Source: an uncultured Pseudomonadota bacterium
Lineage (GTDB): Bacteria; Oederibacteriota; Muellerivitia; Muellerivitales; Muellerivitaceae
Direction of reading: 5' to 3'
Length of the DNA: 64,000 nt
Assembly: GCA_963836235.1 (NCBI GenBank)
Contig: CAWIIP010000004.1
Coordinates: 480,001 to 544,000 of the forward strand
The notes beneath the pieces are model-generated. The model was not told where the DNA came from. It saw only the letters and a list, made by a program, of their open reading frames with translations, and made no database searches. The position numbers and the translations under genes are program-made. This document shows, in pieces, positions 59,059 to 64,000 of this stretch (positions are counted from its first letter, which is position 1; the number at the start of each line of letters is the position of its first letter).

Positions 59059-60555
59059 TTAAATGCCATTGCCTCCTAAGGGACGGCCTGTATTGGGATC
59101 CAAGATCAGGCGGTCGGGGCGCGAAGAGTCGTCAAAGTCAAACATACCCTTGAGCGAACCGGCCAGCGCATCAAAGGAATAATCCCCAATTCTTCCCAGG
59201 TTCCAGTTGTCCTCGACAAAGCGCAGGATGGAGGTCTGGTCCGTGGTGTGATGGTCCACGTAATTGTTCCTGGCATAGGGCGAAAGGACCAAGAGGGGCA
59301 AACGAGGGCCATAACCGGCCCGGGATTGATAGCCGCCCATAGGAGGGGTGCTGGACTCCCGGGTGAAGCTTGGATCGACCGAACTTTGGGAGGTGTTAAC
59401 CACCGGCGGGGCCTGGTGATCGTACCAGCCATCCGAGTCGTCGTAGGTGATAAAAACGGCCATATCCTTCCATTCGGGCGACTTCTGGAGCCGATTAAGG
59501 GTGTCCACCAGGAATGCCTGCTCGCAGGCCGGATTGGAATCGCCGGGATGGCCCGTCTGGGTGGGGTTACCCTTCACGTAAGAAACGGCCGGCAGGTTGT
59601 GGGCATCCAGGGCGCTCCAGAGGTCCGTAATATCGTACTCGTGGTTGGCCTGGTCGGTTTGGCCGATCATGGCCACGCTGCTGGGCGGCACGTGGGCTGG
59701 GTTGGCCGTGGAAGCATAGTATTGGAAAGGAGCATAGTGGGGGTTGTAGGACAATGTGGTGCCGGCGTTACAGACGTAAGTGGCGTTGGGATTGGCAAAG
59801 CCGGTCACAAAGGAGCCCCAAGTGATGTTTTTGGCGTTCAGAAGATCCCCCATGTTTTTTCCTGTCATGGCGATGGTGGCCCCGACGGAATAGTTGTCAA
59901 AGGCCGGGTCGATGTTGGCGATGACCGAACCGTTCAACACCATGGAGGGGACACTCGCCGGCACGGCCCCGTGAGTCTGGCCGGAAATAAGGTTCAAGTG
60001 GCCTAGGCAGGTGGCCCCGAAAGTGGTCCCGAAAAAATTATCGCTCATGGAGAAATTCTGGGCGTAATTCCAAAGGGCAGTGACGATACCTCCATCGTAA
60101 TAACCCATGACCTCGTAGGGAACGGTACAGCCCGATCCCTCGGTATACTCGACGAACTCGTCGGCAGCCCCCTGATCGTAGGCTTCCTGCTCGCCTTTAT
60201 ACGCGTTACTCTGGTTGCAAGTCAGCAGGTCCGTGATCAAGAAAGGTTGGGCTGAGTTTTGGTTGTTGGTCAAAAGGTTATGGGTCAGGCCGTTTATCCT
60301 CGGCGTGTCGTCTTTGGGCCGGAAAAGGACGTTGCCGTTGGAGTCCTTAATAGTGCTGGGATAGGTCCCAAAATAATGGTCGAAGGAAGTATTCTCCTGG
60401 AAGATGATCACCACGTGCTTGATAGGGGTGGTGGTATCCCAGGATGGGTTCGGCCCAGCCGCTGTCCCCAAGACGGATAGAACAATGGCAAAAAGGGACA
60501 AAAAGAGGAAAGGCGCCCACAGGTGTGGGATCATGGTTTTTTTCTTCGTAATCAT
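59059..60555 (-). CDS. Exported AcpA/phospholipase C-family phosphoesterase B (diverged active-site motifs)
   Basis: ENTSFDHYFGTYP, YDDSDGWYDH, GYGPRLP; signal peptide. Confidence 0.88.
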   Translation of the reverse strand: MITKKKTMIPHLWAPFLFLSLFAIVLSVLGTAAGPNPSWDTTTPIKHVVIIFQENTSFDHYFGTYPSTIKDSNGNVLFRPKDDTPRINGLTHNLLTNNQNSAQPFLITDLLTCNQSNAYKGEQEAYDQGAADEFVEYTEGSGCTVPYEVMGYYDGGIVTALWNYAQNFSMSDNFFGTTFGATCLGHLNLISGQTHGAVPASVPSMVLNGSVIANIDPAFDNYSVGATIAMTGKNMGDLLNAKNITWGSFVTGFANPNATYVCNAGTTLSYNPHYAPFQYYASTANPAHVPPSSVAMIGQTDQANHEYDITDLWSALDAHNLPAVSYVKGNPTQTGHPGDSNPACEQAFLVDTLNRLQKSPEWKDMAVFITYDDSDGWYDHQAPPVVNTSQSSVDPSFTRESSTPPMGGYQSRAGYGPRLPLLVLSPYARNNYVDHHTTDQTSILRFVEDNWNLGRIGDYSFDALAGSLKGMFDFDDSSRPDRLILDPNTGRPLGGNGI

Positions 60556-60625
60556 GAATGGCTCCTTTTAAATTAAATCCAGCATCGGGTTATGAGGTGG
60601 GAAGACGGGTGAAATCCAGCCGGTT

Positions 60626-60656
60626 AAAAAAAGGCCCGCTCCCAAGAGCGGGCCTT
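60626..60656 (-). terminator. Intrinsic terminator after phosphoesterase A
   Basis: AAAAAAAGGCCCGCTC-CCAA-GAGCGGGCCTT. Confidence 0.82.
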
Positions 60657-60691
60657 CCTAACGATTACTTTGTTAAAGATGAAAACCTGAA

Positions 60692-62221
60692 TTAAATGTT
60701 GTTAACAGGACGGCCCGTAACCGGATCCAGGATCAAACGGTCTTGGCGCGGAGCGTCGTCAAAGTCGAACATCCCATTGATCGAACCCGCGATGGCGTCG
60801 AAAGATCCGCCGCCGATCTGGCCCAGGTTCCAGTTGTCCTCGATGAAGCGCAAGATGGAGGATTGGTCCGTGGTCTTGTGGTCCACATAATTCTCCTTGG
60901 CATAGGGCGAAATAACCAAAAGGGGCAACCGGGGCCCATAACCCATGCGGCCTTGAATCCCGCCCAGCGACGGCGGGGTATTGGACTCGTAGGTGAATGG
61001 ATCGGCGCTGGTGTGGGAGAAGTTCACGACCGGCGGGGCTTGGTGGTCATACCAGCCGTCCGAGTCGTCATAGTTGATGATGATGGCTGTTTCCTTCCAC
61101 TCCGGCGACTTCTCAAGCTTGTTGATGGTGTCCACCAGAAATTCCTGCTCGCAGGTCGGGCCCGAATAACCCGCGTGTCCATCCTGGTAGCCGGGAGCTT
61201 TCAGGAAAGAAACCGCGGGCAGGTGGCCGGAATCCAGGGCGTCCCAAAAATCCGTGATGTCGTACTGGTGGTTGGCCTGGTCGGTTTGGCCGATCATGGC
61301 CACGCTTGTGGGCGGCAGGTGGGTGGGGTTGGCGGTGGAAGCGTAATACTGGAACGGCTCGTGGTGGGGGATATAATCCGCGGTCGCGCTGGCGGTGCCG
61401 CAGGCATGGGTGGCGGTGGGGTTGCGGAACCCGCCCTCAAACCAGCCCCAGGTGAGGCCCTTCTTATTCAACAGGTCCCCAACATTGAGTCCGGCGGTGA
61501 CGGCGCAATTTTTTGTGGTGCTGGAGGCGATATCCCCCGTAGGATCGGCGTCGTTGATTTGGGTGCCGTTCACATTGGAACTTCCCAGACCGACTCCTGT
61601 CGCGTTCGCGGTGTTGCCGGAGATCAGGTTCAAGGCGCCTGGTGTGGAAGGCCCATAGGTGGTGTTGTAGGAATTGTCGCTCATGGCAAAGTGTTGGGCG
61701 TAATTCCACATGCCCGTTACCATGCTGCCGTCGTAATAACCCATGACCTCGTAGGGAACGGCGCAACCGGAGCCTTCGGTGAATTCGACGAATTCATCGG
61801 CGGCGCCCTTGTCGTAAGCTTCCTGCTCCGGGGTGTAGTTATGGCCCTGGTCGCAGGTGTTCTGATCGGTCAAGAGGAAAGGTTGGGCCGAGTTTTGGTT
61901 GTTGGTCAAAAGGTTCTTGGTCATGCCGTTCACCCTCGGCGTGTCATCCTTGGGCTGGAAGATCACATGCCCGGAGGCGTCCTTGATAATACTGGGATAA
62001 GTCCCGAAGTAATGATCAAAGGACACATTCTCCTGGAAGATAACCACCACGTGTTTGATAGGAGTCGTTGTTAGACCCTTATCATCCGAATCGGCGGCGG
62101 CCTTTACGACCATCGCCAAAAGCAAAAAGGCGCTTAAAAACAAAAACGGCGTCAAAGGTGCCATCAAGAAATTAAACTTCGCAACTTTTTTCTTCTTTCT
62201 TTTCACGGGACTAAAATGCAT
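60692..62221 (-). CDS. Exported AcpA/phospholipase C-family phosphoesterase A
   Basis: ENVSFDHYFG, CDQGH, GPSTPG, PHHEPF, DGHAG, YDDSDGWYDH. Confidence 0.9.
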   Translation of the reverse strand: MHFSPVKRKKKKVAKFNFLMAPLTPFLFLSAFLLLAMVVKAAADSDDKGLTTTPIKHVVVIFQENVSFDHYFGTYPSIIKDASGHVIFQPKDDTPRVNGMTKNLLTNNQNSAQPFLLTDQNTCDQGHNYTPEQEAYDKGAADEFVEFTEGSGCAVPYEVMGYYDGSMVTGMWNYAQHFAMSDNSYNTTYGPSTPGALNLISGNTANATGVGLGSSNVNGTQINDADPTGDIASSTTKNCAVTAGLNVGDLLNKKGLTWGWFEGGFRNPTATHACGTASATADYIPHHEPFQYYASTANPTHLPPTSVAMIGQTDQANHQYDITDFWDALDSGHLPAVSFLKAPGYQDGHAGYSGPTCEQEFLVDTINKLEKSPEWKETAIIINYDDSDGWYDHQAPPVVNFSHTSADPFTYESNTPPSLGGIQGRMGYGPRLPLLVISPYAKENYVDHKTTDQSSILRFIEDNWNLGQIGGGSFDAIAGSINGMFDFDDAPRQDRLILDPVTGRPVNNI

Positions 62222-62868
62222 TTTGTCGCTCCTTTAAATTGGGTGCAGCCAAGATTTAAGGTGAATAAGGCGGAAAAATTTTTTTCCGCCTAGGTGGTTT
62301 AAGCGCCTCCTTTCGCGAATGTGATGCGTAACGTGCTCGGACTATAGCTGCTATTAAAAAAAAAAATAAAGCGGCTTGAGGTGATTTAACCGAGGTTTAA
62401 CTATTCCAGGAAAACGAGAGAAAAAATTTTCACGGATGTAATCAAACAGAAAACTTTTTTCTCGAAATTTAAAAAACGTTTTCGGTTAAAGAGTTGTAAA
62501 TTTATTTTTTCGGTAACTTCCAAATCGATTTCTCGAAAACCGCGAGATCGAAATCGGACATCCAAATTTATTAAAATTTAAAAATCAAAATTGTTGTCCA
62601 TGTTCCTAGGGTCCGATTAAAAAATTAAAACTTCCTAGTGCGCCATGTCGCGGTGTGAGAGGGGACGTTTATCGTGAAGGTGGTATCGAATCCACCGGCG
62701 AACGATTTTTGAAAAAACATTTGATCGGGTTTTGGACTGCTAATGGATATGGTTTTCCCGATTGTTACACGCTTTTGACGTGGACCGGATAAATGATCGT
62801 TTAATCTAAACGACAAAGAAGTTTTCAACGCATCGCAAGAAAGCCAACACGAACTCCAAGGTCGCACA

Positions 62869-64000
62869 ATGCCAATTTACATTTATCGAACGGTTTTGTT
62901 GGATGGTAGGGAAGCGGCCAAGGAAGCGACCGCCGCAAACGAGGAAGAGCTGCGCCAGGAACTGGAGGGCCAAGGAGTTTTGGTAAAAGCCATCCGGCCT
63001 AAACGGATGATCGTCGGCATCTGGGGGGGACAAAGGGTCAGGCCGGGGGATTTTTTGAGGACCAACCAAGAAATGGCCACCCTCTTGAAGGCGGGTTTGA
63101 CTCTGCCTGAGGTCTTGGAACTAGCCGCTGACCGGCCTGAAAGCCCGTTCCTGGCCTTGATCCTCCGGCGTGTCCTGGAAGAAATCAAAACCGGGACCCC
63201 TTTCTCAACCGCTTGCGCTAAATACCCCCGAGTTTTCGACGGCCTATATCTTTCCTCCCTCAAGACCGGCGAAAGGACCGGCGACTTGGCCAAACCCCTG
63301 GCCCGCTATCAGGATTACCTGCGCCAGAAGGTAAGCTTGCAGGCCAAGGTTTCCCAGGCCATGGTTTACCCCACCTTCCTTCTTATCGTGTTGGCCTTGG
63401 TATTGGGACTCCTCTTTACCTTCGTGATGCCCCGCTTCACGGCCCTTTACACCGATTTCAACGCTACCCTCCCCCTGCCCACGCGCATCCTAATGGCTTC
63501 GGTCCACCATTTACCCTGGATAGGGGGCCTTTTGGCTGGAGGCGGCCTCGCCTCATGGGCGGCTTTCAAGGCCTGGAATTCAACCGAATCCGGGCGTATT
63601 TGGGTGGATGGCGCTGTTCAAAAATTTCCCGTGGTGGAAAAATTCATCAACCCCTTCTTGGCCTCCCAGCTCTCCCGCACCCTTTCGACCCTGCTTTCGG
63701 GGGGGACCCCTCTGACCGAAGCACTGAAGGTGGCGCGGGAATCCCTTTCAAATCGGGCTTTCGCTCTTCAGTTCGACCGGGTCATCCGCCGGGTTTTGGA
63801 AGGGGAGGCACTCTCGAAAGCGTTGGATGAGGAAAAGCTGCTCCCCCGAACCGCGGTCAAGCTGGTCAAAGTGGGGGAGGCATCGGGACAACTGGAGGCC
63901 ATGTTCCAGGAAGCGGCGAACGCTTCCGAATGGGAATTGGAACACCGAATACAGCGGGCCATGTCCTTAGTGGAACCTGTTTTCATACTTTTAACAGGGC
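62869..64000 (+). CDS. GspF/PilC inner-membrane platform protein (runs off the window end; not in the ORF track)
   Basis: Manual translation MPIYIYR...MATLLKAGLTL...GERTGDL...AMVYP...LPLPTRIL...VGEASGQL...SLVEP; no stop before 64000. Confidence 0.9.
   Translation, partial: MPIYIYRTVLLDGREAAKEATAANEEELRQELEGQGVLVKAIRPKRMIVGIWGGQRVRPGDFLRTNQEMATLLKAGLTLPEVLELAADRPESPFLALILRRVLEEIKTGTPFSTACAKYPRVFDGLYLSSLKTGERTGDLAKPLARYQDYLRQKVSLQAKVSQAMVYPTFLLIVLALVLGLLFTFVMPRFTALYTDFNATLPLPTRILMASVHHLPWIGGLLAGGGLASWAAFKAWNSTESGRIWVDGAVQKFPVVEKFINPFLASQLSRTLSTLLSGGTPLTEALKVARESLSNRAFALQFDRVIRRVLEGEALSKALDEEKLLPRTAVKLVKVGEASGQLEAMFQEAANASEWELEHRIQRAMSLVEPVFILLTG

Noticed and set aside
60743-62074. 443-aa plus-strand ORF opposite phosphoesterase A (and 59248-60006 opposite B)
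   Set aside because: Antisense shadows of GC3-rich genes; no motifs
62883-63986. Short ORFs listed at the window end
   Set aside because: They overlap the real GspF/PilC gene, which the track missed because it has no stop within the window

Overview
Bacterial chromosomal window with three zones. (1) 1-41 kb is a large mosaic surface-glycan region: a co-oriented wzx/wzy/glycosyltransferase operon (1-8.3 kb); an orphan ParB-like gene carrying three palindromes at an exact 42-bp period inside its own coding sequence; a mixed-orientation, partly AT-rich island (10.5-30.3 kb) with five GT-C-type membrane glycosyltransferases, two radical SAM enzymes, a second flippase, a YdjC-methyltransferase fusion, an acyltransferase-3 and two tandem IS30-family elements; then fdtAB, three consecutive VapBC-type toxin-antitoxin modules, two RfbE-like epimerases, a DPM1-like GT2 and rmlBACD. 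(2) 41-57.6 kb is housekeeping: pyrD, rlpA, pyrF, pyrE, rqcH, a beta-oxidation cluster, patatin, HU and CIRCE-controlled groES-groEL. (3) 57.6-64 kb holds a two-domain multicopper oxidase, two tandem AcpA/phospholipase C-family phosphoesterases with diverged active-site motifs, and a GspF/PilC gene that runs off the window end. No rRNA, tRNA or CRISPR array was seen. The best candidate for an undescribed system is the ParA-less ParB-like protein with a putative self-encoded sopC-like site array at the edge of the glycan island. All family calls come from motif recognition by eye; no database search was run.
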